NCBI GenBank assembly: GCA_942490575.1
Contig: CALNYA010000069.1
Span: forward strand, 53,901 to 117,900
Direction: 5' to 3'
Length of the DNA stretch: 64,000 nucleotides
Source: an uncultured Verrucomicrobiota bacterium
GTDB lineage: Bacteria; Verrucomicrobiota; Verrucomicrobiia; Limisphaerales; CAIMTB01
A program made the position numbers and the translations under genes. Of the stretch, positions 57,064-64,000 are shown one piece after another. Under the pieces are notes generated by a model. The model did not search any database, was not told where the DNA came from, and worked only from the letters and a program-made list of their open reading frames with translations. Positions within the stretch are counted from its first letter, which is position 1. Each line of letters opens with the position of its first letter.

Positions 57064-58689
57064 CTAACGTTCGCCGTCGACCTGGTCCAGGGAGGCTCCG
57101 ATCGCGGCCTGGTCCTCCAGAATGAAGCGCACCTCGGCGTCCCCGGTGGCCGGGTGGGTGATGACGGCCCGCAACGCCAAGACGGGGAGCCCCGGGTGTC
57201 GGGCCGTGTGATGAAGCGTCGTCCGCGAGACAACGCCATCCCCCGCCCTTTCCTGCGCCCGCTGGAGCTTGGCATTGTGCTCGTTGATCCGCGGCAGATC
57301 GAACGGGGTCGATCCGTTCCGGGACGCCGTCCGTCCCGCCCGGGCGGGGAGGCGACGATAGACCACGATGTTCGTTTCCGGCTCCGCCAGGAGCTCGAAT
57401 TCGGGCATTTCGCGAATCATCCGCGCCATCGTTCCGGCCGTTTCGATGCGCCGATCAATCAGTCGCTCATAACCCTGTCGACCCATCAGGTTCAGGGCGG
57501 CGTGAAGATACAGGGCGCACGCCGGACGCGATCCCTCCAGCGAACGGCGCCCCAGGTCGAAGGAATCGCGATGGAGCATGTACGGAGCCTCCTTCTCGAT
57601 GCATCCGGCGGCCGCGGGGTCGCGGCAGAGCAGCAGATTGCTCCCGGCCGGCAGGTGCAGCTGCTTGTGCCCGTCCAGCGTCACCGTGTCGGCCCGTTCG
57701 ATCCCCTCCAGGCGACTTCGATGGCGGCGCGAGAAAAGCAGCGCCGTCCCCCAGGCGGCGTCCACATGGAAATGGATGCCTTCCTCCTTGGCGATGTCCG
57801 CCAGCGCCGCGATCGGGTCGATGCTTCCGCAATCCGTCGTCCCGGCGGTTCCAACGATCGCCACCACCTGCCGGCCGCGCTCCCGCGTCTCGCGTATGGT
57901 CCGGCGAACTTCCTTCGGCATCAGGCGTTGGGCCGGATCCACACCCAGCTTCAAAACCTGGTTCGTTCCCAATCCCAGCACCCCCGCCGCTTTGTCGATC
58001 GAATAGTGCATCAGGCTGGAACCGACAATCACGCCGGCGCGAAGGCCCTCGCGCCTCAGCGCCCATCCAATCCCGGACCTTTCCGTCGCCTCGGAGTTCG
58101 CCCCTCCGAACGCCCGGTTCCGCGCCACCCACAGGGCCGTGATATTGGCCACCGTGCTCCCGGCGGCCATGATCCCCAGGGTGCGCGAGGGATTCTGGAC
58201 GCATTCCTCGTAGAACCCGTCCGACCGCTCGAAGACAAGCCGATGGAGGGTGCCGAGAACCTGTCGTTCAAGAAGGGTGAAGCTGCGCGACGCCTCGTGC
58301 TTCACCATGTTCTGGTTCAGGGCGAGCACCACCTCCCCGATCACTCGCACCCAGGGTGGCTGCCAGCCGCTCATGTGGCCCAGGGCCCGGGGGGAGTTCA
58401 TGTTCACGCAATGCGGAACAAGGTCCCGCAACAATCGTCCGACGTATCCTTTCGGCGGAAGCGGTTCACTCGGCAGGCGGGTCTCCAAGAAGTGGGCGAC
58501 ACACCCCTCCGCCGCGGCTTGCGTGCTGACCCTCCCCGATCCCGTGAGCCGCCCCACGCCTTCCATGAGTTCGTCACGCAGCCGGCCCCAATCCGCTTCG
58601 GACTCGTTCGCGACGGGCGTCGTCGGGGTCGGCTCCCGCTTCCCTGAGACGCGCAACTCCTCCGTGGCACCTTGGATACCGGCGATCAT
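57064..58689 (-). CDS. Group II PLP-dependent amino-acid decarboxylase (substrate unknown; resembles PLP-type aspartate 1-decarboxylase / diaminobutyrate decarboxylase classes)
   Basis: This is the inner start of ORF 57064..58923 (MIAGIQGATEEL, ATG 58689). It has ...MAAGSTVANITALWVARN..., ...HFHVDAAWGTALLFS..., and a PLP-lysine motif TVTLDGHKQLHLPAG. Its stop lies 17 nt upstream of the NRPS module 1 start. Confidence 0.8.
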   Translation of the reverse strand: MIAGIQGATEELRVSGKREPTPTTPVANESEADWGRLRDELMEGVGRLTGSGRVSTQAAAEGCVAHFLETRLPSEPLPPKGYVGRLLRDLVPHCVNMNSPRALGHMSGWQPPWVRVIGEVVLALNQNMVKHEASRSFTLLERQVLGTLHRLVFERSDGFYEECVQNPSRTLGIMAAGSTVANITALWVARNRAFGGANSEATERSGIGWALRREGLRAGVIVGSSLMHYSIDKAAGVLGLGTNQVLKLGVDPAQRLMPKEVRRTIRETRERGRQVVAIVGTAGTTDCGSIDPIAALADIAKEEGIHFHVDAAWGTALLFSRRHRSRLEGIERADTVTLDGHKQLHLPAGSNLLLCRDPAAAGCIEKEAPYMLHRDSFDLGRRSLEGSRPACALYLHAALNLMGRQGYERLIDRRIETAGTMARMIREMPEFELLAEPETNIVVYRRLPARAGRTASRNGSTPFDLPRINEHNAKLQRAQERAGDGVVSRTTLHHTARHPGLPVLALRAVITHPATGDAEVRFILEDQAAIGASLDQVDGER

Positions 58690-58691
58690 TC

Positions 58692-58714
58692 GTGGAAGTG
58701 GAAGTGGAAGTGGA
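58692..58714. repeat. Tandem hexamer (GTGGAA)x3 plus a partial unit, immediately upstream of the decarboxylase start codon
   Basis: The + strand reads gtggaagtggaagtggaagtgga. On the coding (minus) strand this is TCCACTTCCACTTCCACTTCCAC, ending 2 nt before the ATG at 58689. Confidence 0.7.
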
Positions 58715-58814
58715 TTTGTCGCCCCCTTGGATTGTCGACTCGCGCCGCGTGCATCCCGACGACGGGACGATGCCGCGGATCCGAAACGGATGGATCGAAC
58801 CGATGGGTCCCGGG

Positions 58815-59327
58815 CTAGCCGGACTTGGTGATCCCCGCGCACGCCGCGACCACTCCATCGATATCCAGGCCCGCCCAGGCGGCCTGCAGACCCTTCAGGT
58901 AGCCGGCGTACAATTCGGCCCATTCCGAGGAGGCTTCCGCGCTCAACTTGTTCGCGCCTTCGACATACTGTCGCGCCGCCTCTTCATAGCGCTTCTGGGC
59001 CTCCGCGCGGGCCTCTTGAATGAGTTGCGCGTATTGGGAGTAGGCTTCCGTCCGCGATCGGGGTCCTCCTTGCGACCCCTCGATGTCAGTCAGCGCGGCG
59101 GTGTAGGCTCCCTGCGCCTCCTCGACATGTTTCCCGGTCTGCTCGACCAGGGTTTGCGTCGTCGCCAGGAAGATTTGGTACTCTTCGGTCCAACCCTTCA
59201 GCATCCTCTCCCCTATTCCGTACATGCCGCGGACAAAGGTATCCCGCGGCTCACGAAAACACTCCGCGGCCTGCTTCAGGACGGAATCAGGATTCCGCGC
59301 GTCGACGGTGGTTGGGGACGATTCCAT
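58815..59327 (-). CDS. Hypothetical alpha-helical protein
   Basis: A 170 aa ORF with coding-like composition, rich in A/E/Q/K (…YAQLIQEARAEAQKRYEEAARQYVEGANKLSAEASSEWAELYAGYLKGLQAAWAG…). No diagnostic motif was recognised. Confidence 0.4.
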   Translation of the reverse strand: MESSPTTVDARNPDSVLKQAAECFREPRDTFVRGMYGIGERMLKGWTEEYQIFLATTQTLVEQTGKHVEEAQGAYTAALTDIEGSQGGPRSRTEAYSQYAQLIQEARAEAQKRYEEAARQYVEGANKLSAEASSEWAELYAGYLKGLQAAWAGLDIDGVVAACAGITKSG

Positions 59328-59693
59328 GGCGTGATTGGTGGATCAATTAAGAGGATGGATAGTGACGGAATTACCTCACGGCATTCTCTGTTCGGAAGTC
59401 TCCTAGGCTTGGCTGCTTATAGGGGACAAAGAATCGTGGCGCAAGCCAAAATCTTGAAGCCAAAATCTCGCCTGCGCGACGACGTCGACGCTCTAGCGGG
59501 TGTTCGAGGTGATCGAATCGGACGAAGCCGATGCCACTCGGTTGCTGGAGTTGAGCCAAGGGTACTGGGTCATCGAGACCCGGCAGCATGGTCGGCCCAA
59601 CCTCCGCTTTTGTGGGGGGGCCGCGGGAAGGGAACCTGGCGCGGCCGTCGAGGGGTGGAGAGGGACCCGACGGCCGTCACCGGGGCGGGGGAC

Positions 59694-59731
59694 GCGAAAA
59701 AGCCGCCGGAGTGGAGGCCACTCCGGCGGCT
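59694..59731 (-). terminator. Rho-independent terminator downstream of the giant surface-protein gene
   Basis: A perfect 14-bp stem pairs agccgccggagtgg (59701-14) with ccactccggcggct (59718-31) across a 3-nt loop. On the minus strand it is followed by TTTTT (59696-59700). It lies about 60 nt after the stop at 59794. Confidence 0.75.
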
Positions 59732-59793
59732 TCGTGAAGGATCGCCGAACGGATCGGCGCGGCGTCCCGGTACTGGGACGCCCAAAGGAACGA

Positions 59794-62700
59794 TCAGTAG
59801 CCGATCACCAGGTTCGCGCCTTGGAGGGTGACGGACTTGATGGTCACGGCGGTGGTTCCGCGGATGCGGTAGAACATCGCGTTGCCCGAGCGCGGGACGG
59901 TGATGGTCTTGGCGGTGTCGTTGATCACCGCGTTGGCCTGAACGGTGTACGGGCCGGTGACGGCGGCCGCGCCGTGCAGTTCGATGGACGGGGCGGGGCC
60001 GGACAGCGGGAGGCAGGCGCCCGCGCCACCGCCTGTGAGGGGCGGTCCGTCCGGCGTGGGTCCGCCGAGGGCCGCGACTTCCTCATCCGAGAGCGCGACG
60101 TCCCGGAACTGGAGCGCGCTGATGTGGACGGTGCTCTGCTCGTTGTCGTCGCCGTCGTTGAACATGAGGATCTCGGACGGGAGCGAGTAGCGGCCGTCGA
60201 TGTTGGCGCCGTCGCCGGCGGGGTCCTCCCGGTGTTTGACGCCGTTGACGTATTTGGCGAAGCGCTTGGGCGTGGAGGTCATGTCCGCGACGAACACGAT
60301 GCGGCCCCAGGCGAGTCGCTGATGGCTGTTGGCGGGGTTGATGCCGTCGTAGAGCGAGCAGCAGCCCTTGCCGTAGGAGCCGTCGGACGCGCGCCAGAAG
60401 AGGTCGGCGTCGTTGTTCTGGTTGAGGTCATGGGTGCGGAAGACGCTGCCGAAGCCGTGGCCTTCGCCCCAGTAGACATCCATCACCATGGACCAGACGT
60501 TCGCATTCTGTCCGCCGCCGCTGGCCGCGAGGCCGGGTTTCACGCGGATACCGGTCTTCTTGAAGTCCTCGCCGTTGTCGTTGCGGGGAACGGTGAGGAA
60601 TCGGGTGGTTTGCCCGTTGATTCCGGGGACGTCGGCGGCGTTGCCCTGGCCGCTCGTGTCGAGGGAGTAGAACGACGCGATCGAATTGTCGAGGTACGTG
60701 ATCGGGGCGCCCACCGTGGCGTCGAGGTTGCCGTCGAAGGCCCAGTGACCCTTGACGCTGGGCGAAACGGTTTCGGGCTCCGGGATCCCCGCGGCGGATG
60801 GGCCGCCCAGGGCGGCGACCTCCGAGTCCGTGAGGGCGAGGGGCTGGAACTGGATGGAGTTCACCAGCACCGTGCTCTGTTCGTTGTCGTCGGCGTCATT
60901 GAACAGGAAGATCTCGGACGGGAGCGAGTAGCGGCCGTCGATGTTGGCGCCGTCGCCCGCCGGGTCTTCGCGGTGTTTGACGCCGTTGACGTACTTGGCG
61001 AATCGCTTGGGCGTGGAGGTCATGTCCGCGACGAACACGATGCGGGCCCAGGTGAGGCGCTGATGGCTGTTGGCGGGGTTGATGCCGTCGTAGAGCGAGC
61101 AGCAGCCCTTGCCGTAGGAGCCGTCGGACGCGCGCCAGAAAAGGTCGGCGTCGTTGTTTTGGTTCAGATCATGGGTGCGGAGGACGCCACCGAAGCCGTG
61201 CCCTTCGCCCCAGTAAACGTCCATGACCATGGTCCAGACGTTGGCGTTTTGTCCGCCGCCGCTCGCCGCGATGCCGGGTTTGACGCGGAGACCGGTCTTT
61301 TTGAAGTCCTCGCCATTGTCGTTGCGGGGAATCTCGATGAACTGGGTGGGTTGCCCGTCGATCGACGGGATGTCGGCGTAGTTCCCTTGGCCGCTGGTTC
61401 CGAAGGAATAGTGGGCGGACAGGGCCGGGTCGATGTACTCGGCGGCGGCGCCGGTCTTGGCGGTCAGGTTGCCGTTGAATTCCCACTGGGCGGAGACACC
61501 GGTTGGAGCGGCGCTGGCGGGAACCGGGATTCCGTCGGCGGAAGGTCCGCCGAGGGCGGCGACTTCGTCGTCGGTCAGGGCGCCTTCGCGCACCTGGATG
61601 GCGCTGACGGCCGCCGTGCTCTGCTCGTTGTCGTCGCCGTCGTTGAAGACGAAGATTTCGGAGGGCAGTGAGAATCGGCCGTCGATGTTGGCGCCGTCGC
61701 CGCTGACGTCATCCCGGTGTTTCACGCCGTTGACGTACTTGGCGAGCCGCTTCGGATTGGAGGTCATGTCGGCGACGATCACGATGCGGGCCCACGCGGC
61801 GCGCTGGTGGCTGTTGATGGGGTTGATCCCGTCGTAGTTGGAGCAGCAGCCCTTGCCGTAGGAGCCGTCGGAGGCGCGCCAGAAGAGGTCGCCGTCGTTG
61901 GCCTGTTCGAGATCGTGGGTGCGCAGGAGCGTCCCGTTGCCGGTGCCGTCGCCCCAGTAAAGGTCGAAGATCATCGTCCACTGGTTGGCGTTCTGCCCGC
62001 CGCCGCTCGGAGCGAGGCCGGTTTTGAGGCGGAGACCGGTCTGTTTGAAGTCCTCCCCGTTCTGGGTGTACGGGATGTAGATGACTTTCGCGGGCTTGCC
62101 GTCGATGCCGGGAACGTCGGCGAGGGCGCCTTGGCCGGTCGTCCCGAACGTGTAGTTCGCGGAGAGCGAACTATCGATGTAGGCGAGGTCGCCGCCGACG
62201 GAGGCTTTCAGCGAGCCGTCGTCGAAGGTCCAGTAGCCGGTGGCCGCGGGGCCGGCGACATTTTCGCAGGCGCCGGGCGCGGTCGAGAACGACCACGATG
62301 AGGACACGGAATTGCCCGAGCCATCCGAGAACGAGAGGTCCACGGGGTACTCCCCAGCCGGGAGGCTGCCCGGGTGTTGGTAGCTGATGGTGGTGATCTT
62401 GCCGCTCTTGGTGACGGTCGGTTTCAGGATCGTGTCCTGGATTTTCAGGATGATCGACGCCTCCGTCACGGTGGTGGAGTCCTCGGTGATGGTGATGACG
62501 AGGTCGAGGTTCGCATTCGCTCCGGTCTCGCCCGGGCTGGGTTTCGCGCTGCTGACGTAGGGGGCCGGGGCGCCGCTGCGGTCGCGGTAGGCCTTGATGT
62601 GACCGGCGGTATCGCGGTCGTTGATGAGGATTCGAGTTCCGCTGGCGTTGACGGAGAAGAGTTCGCAGTGCGCATCGCCGGCGGCTTCGTACCAGACCAG

Positions 62701-64000
62701 GCGGATGCCGTAGATGCCGGCTTCCTCGACGACGAAGGAGAAGGTGGAGTTGGCCACGCCGTTCACGTTGCCGACCAGTTGGTTGCTGATGTCGCGGGCG
62801 TCGCCGCCGATGTAGACGCCGAAGCCGTCATCGCTTTGGACGCCGAGGGTCACCAGACCCGCGGGGAGGTCGATATAGGCGGTGCTTTCGATGGCGACGT
62901 TGTCGTAGGACTCGAGCCCGTCGGCGTTGTACCCGGGGTAGCCGGGGATCGGGTCGTCATTGGGGAACGTGCCGACGCCGGCCTGGTCATCGTCGAAATT
63001 GACGGTGACGAGGTTGAAAAGGCCGCCGGTCGCGGCGGTGAGATCGGCGATATTCGGTCCGGAGAGGCCGGCGAGTTGGCGTTCCGCGGTGGTGAGGCTG
63101 CTGGGGGAGGGCGCCTGCACCTGGTACACCTTGGCTTTGAACCCGCTGGAGCCGGTGTTGACGGTGCCGGGTTGGGCCTTGGCGGACGCGGGGATGGTGG
63201 CGTACCGGGCGACGGCGAAGTCGAAGGCGAAGGTCTTCGACGTGTCGTAGGTGAGTTCGACCTTGTGGGAGGTCCCGGAGGCGAGGAGTCCGGGCGGATC
63301 GTAGGTGACGGTCCGGGTGTTTCCCTGGCTGGTGACGGTGGGAGTGACGGCCGCGCCGTCGAAGGTCATCGAGACGGTGGCCGAGGCGAGGTTCTCGACG
63401 GTGATCGAGACCACCGCGTTGGCGGGCGCGTTCTGGGCCGCCGGCGATTTGGCGGAAACGTAGGCGCCCGTGCCGACCGTGGCCGTGGTGATGTTGACGT
63501 CGTCGATCCAATGGTTGTTTCGGATCGCGGCGGTCAGTTCGGCGGTTCCAGCGCCAAAGCCGAAGAGACCGGCGATGGGCGTGTAGCCGATACCGACGTT
63601 GTCATACACCTTCACGCCGTCGTAGGTGACGTCGAGGGTTCCGTCCGGGTCGATCCGGACTTCGACATCGGCGAATCGGGCCGCGGTGGAATTGGGCGGG
63701 TACGTTTGGAGGCCCTTGAAGGAGCGGGCGGCGACCTTGGCGCCTCCGATTTTGACGATGATGCCGGGGGCGTCGCCGGGGGCGTTCCCTTCGGCGTTGA
63801 AACCTTCGAGGTTGTCGATGGTGTCGAAGGAAATGATGAGCCCCTGGAGGTTGGCGCCGCCCTCGCGGAAGATGGTTTCGCCGATGTTGTCGTCGAGGAC
63901 GAAGCTGAAGCCCTGGGCGCCGAGCGAGCTGCCGCCGCCGACCGCCGCCTTGAACGTCGCGGTGAAACTCTGGACGGCCGCGCCGTTGTTGAAGTCGGGC
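59794..64000 (-). CDS. Giant secreted/surface protein (lectin-like jelly-roll, Ig-like modules, PA14-like domain, three LamG-like repeats); 5' end outside the window
   Basis: This is ORF 59794..63615, and the frame stays open upstream to base 64000. The hand-translated upstream part reads ...GFSFVLDDNIGETIFREGGANLQGLIISFDTIDN..., which is legume-lectin-like. The PA14-like part is …SDDGFGVYIGGDARD…YGIRLVWYEAAGDAHCELFSV. Three roughly 247-aa LamG-like units each carry GGGQNAN.W.M..D.YWG...LFWRASDGSYGKGCC...ALTD.EVAALGGP. The C-terminal domain ends NAMFYRIRG... Confidence 0.8.
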   Translation of the reverse strand, partial: PDFNNGAAVQSFTATFKAAVGGGSSLGAQGFSFVLDDNIGETIFREGGANLQGLIISFDTIDNLEGFNAEGNAPGDAPGIIVKIGGAKVAARSFKGLQTYPPNSTAARFADVEVRIDPDGTLDVTYDGVKVYDNVGIGYTPIAGLFGFGAGTAELTAAIRNNHWIDDVNITTATVGTGAYVSAKSPAAQNAPANAVVSITVENLASATVSMTFDGAAVTPTVTSQGNTRTVTYDPPGLLASGTSHKVELTYDTSKTFAFDFAVARYATIPASAKAQPGTVNTGSSGFKAKVYQVQAPSPSSLTTAERQLAGLSGPNIADLTAATGGLFNLVTVNFDDDQAGVGTFPNDDPIPGYPGYNADGLESYDNVAIESTAYIDLPAGLVTLGVQSDDGFGVYIGGDARDISNQLVGNVNGVANSTFSFVVEEAGIYGIRLVWYEAAGDAHCELFSVNASGTRILINDRDTAGHIKAYRDRSGAPAPYVSSAKPSPGETGANANLDLVITITEDSTTVTEASIILKIQDTILKPTVTKSGKITTISYQHPGSLPAGEYPVDLSFSDGSGNSVSSSWSFSTAPGACENVAGPAATGYWTFDDGSLKASVGGDLAYIDSSLSANYTFGTTGQGALADVPGIDGKPAKVIYIPYTQNGEDFKQTGLRLKTGLAPSGGGQNANQWTMIFDLYWGDGTGNGTLLRTHDLEQANDGDLFWRASDGSYGKGCCSNYDGINPINSHQRAAWARIVIVADMTSNPKRLAKYVNGVKHRDDVSGDGANIDGRFSLPSEIFVFNDGDDNEQSTAAVSAIQVREGALTDDEVAALGGPSADGIPVPASAAPTGVSAQWEFNGNLTAKTGAAAEYIDPALSAHYSFGTSGQGNYADIPSIDGQPTQFIEIPRNDNGEDFKKTGLRVKPGIAASGGGQNANVWTMVMDVYWGEGHGFGGVLRTHDLNQNNDADLFWRASDGSYGKGCCSLYDGINPANSHQRLTWARIVFVADMTSTPKRFAKYVNGVKHREDPAGDGANIDGRYSLPSEIFLFNDADDNEQSTVLVNSIQFQPLALTDSEVAALGGPSAAGIPEPETVSPSVKGHWAFDGNLDATVGAPITYLDNSIASFYSLDTSGQGNAADVPGINGQTTRFLTVPRNDNGEDFKKTGIRVKPGLAASGGGQNANVWSMVMDVYWGEGHGFGSVFRTHDLNQNNDADLFWRASDGSYGKGCCSLYDGINPANSHQRLAWGRIVFVADMTSTPKRFAKYVNGVKHREDPAGDGANIDGRYSLPSEILMFNDGDDNEQSTVHISALQFRDVALSDEEVAALGGPTPDGPPLTGGGAGACLPLSGPAPSIELHGAAAVTGPYTVQANAVINDTAKTITVPRSGNAMFYRIRGTTAVTIKSVTLQGANLVIGY
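60050..62250 (-). repeat. Three tandem ~743-nt coding repeats (LamG-like units)
   Basis: The units are about 60050-60800, 60800-61545 and 61545-62250. The first two are near-identical at nucleotide level over long stretches (for example 60181-60600 against 60921-61340). The third is clearly related but more diverged. Confidence 0.9.

Noticed and set aside
59500-61671. A 723-aa + strand ORF opposite the LamG repeats
   Set aside because: It is an antisense shadow. Its internal repeats merely mirror the coding repeats on the minus strand.
60050-62250. Tandem repeats considered as a possible CRISPR or other non-coding array
   Set aside because: The units are ~743 nt and contiguous, without spacers. 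They are in frame within one long ORF encoding LamG-like domains. The 9-mer and 6-mer arrays elsewhere are far too short, and no cas genes are present.

Overview
The window is a composite of at least three compositionally distinct pieces, so it is probably a chimeric assembly. (A) 1-3143 and about 14640-64000 are high-G+C, with gene content typical of the PVC superphylum, most likely Verrucomicrobiota by inference. These parts carry a frameshifted UbiA prenyltransferase, a multiply frameshifted protoporphyrinogen oxidase, a PEP-CTERM protein, apt, feoA-feoA-feoB, an S9 peptidase, a DUF1501 plus PSCyt/DUF1549/DUF1553 pair, and a ltaE-rpe-CRTAC1-ROK-HAD operon. They also carry a tail-fibre-like secreted protein, a roughly 20 kb NRPS operon and a giant lectin/PA14/3xLamG surface protein. 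(B) 3144 to about 12196 is visibly lower in G+C and holds gammaproteobacterial-type core genes (petC fragment, petB, petA, rpsI, rplM, zapE, hisD, hisG, murA, ibaG, mlaB, mlaC fragment). The block is cut inside a gene at both ends. (C) About 12231-14640 is an internal fragment of a large unknown protein with no start or stop, joined to B through a poly-G tract. The most interesting biology is the minus-strand operon 58689->38873. It encodes a PLP decarboxylase and four NRPS modules: C-A-T, C-A(N-MT)-T, C-A(N-MT)-T and C-A-T. The operon has no loading module and no TE, R or terminal C domain. The last NRPS stop codon overlaps (GTGA) the start of an uncharacterised protein with a transglutaminase/papain-like Cys-His-Asp motif set, and a second orphan gene follows. 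Other notable items are a roughly 100-nt MITE-like hairpin element in two copies flanking the S9 peptidase gene, one copy bracketed by a duplicated feoB 3' end. There are also inverted arrays of ATG-containing 9-mers in a divergent promoter, near-identical 743-nt tandem LamG repeats, and a cluster of frameshifts in the first 3.1 kb. All calls come from reading the sequence and ORF track by eye, with no database search.
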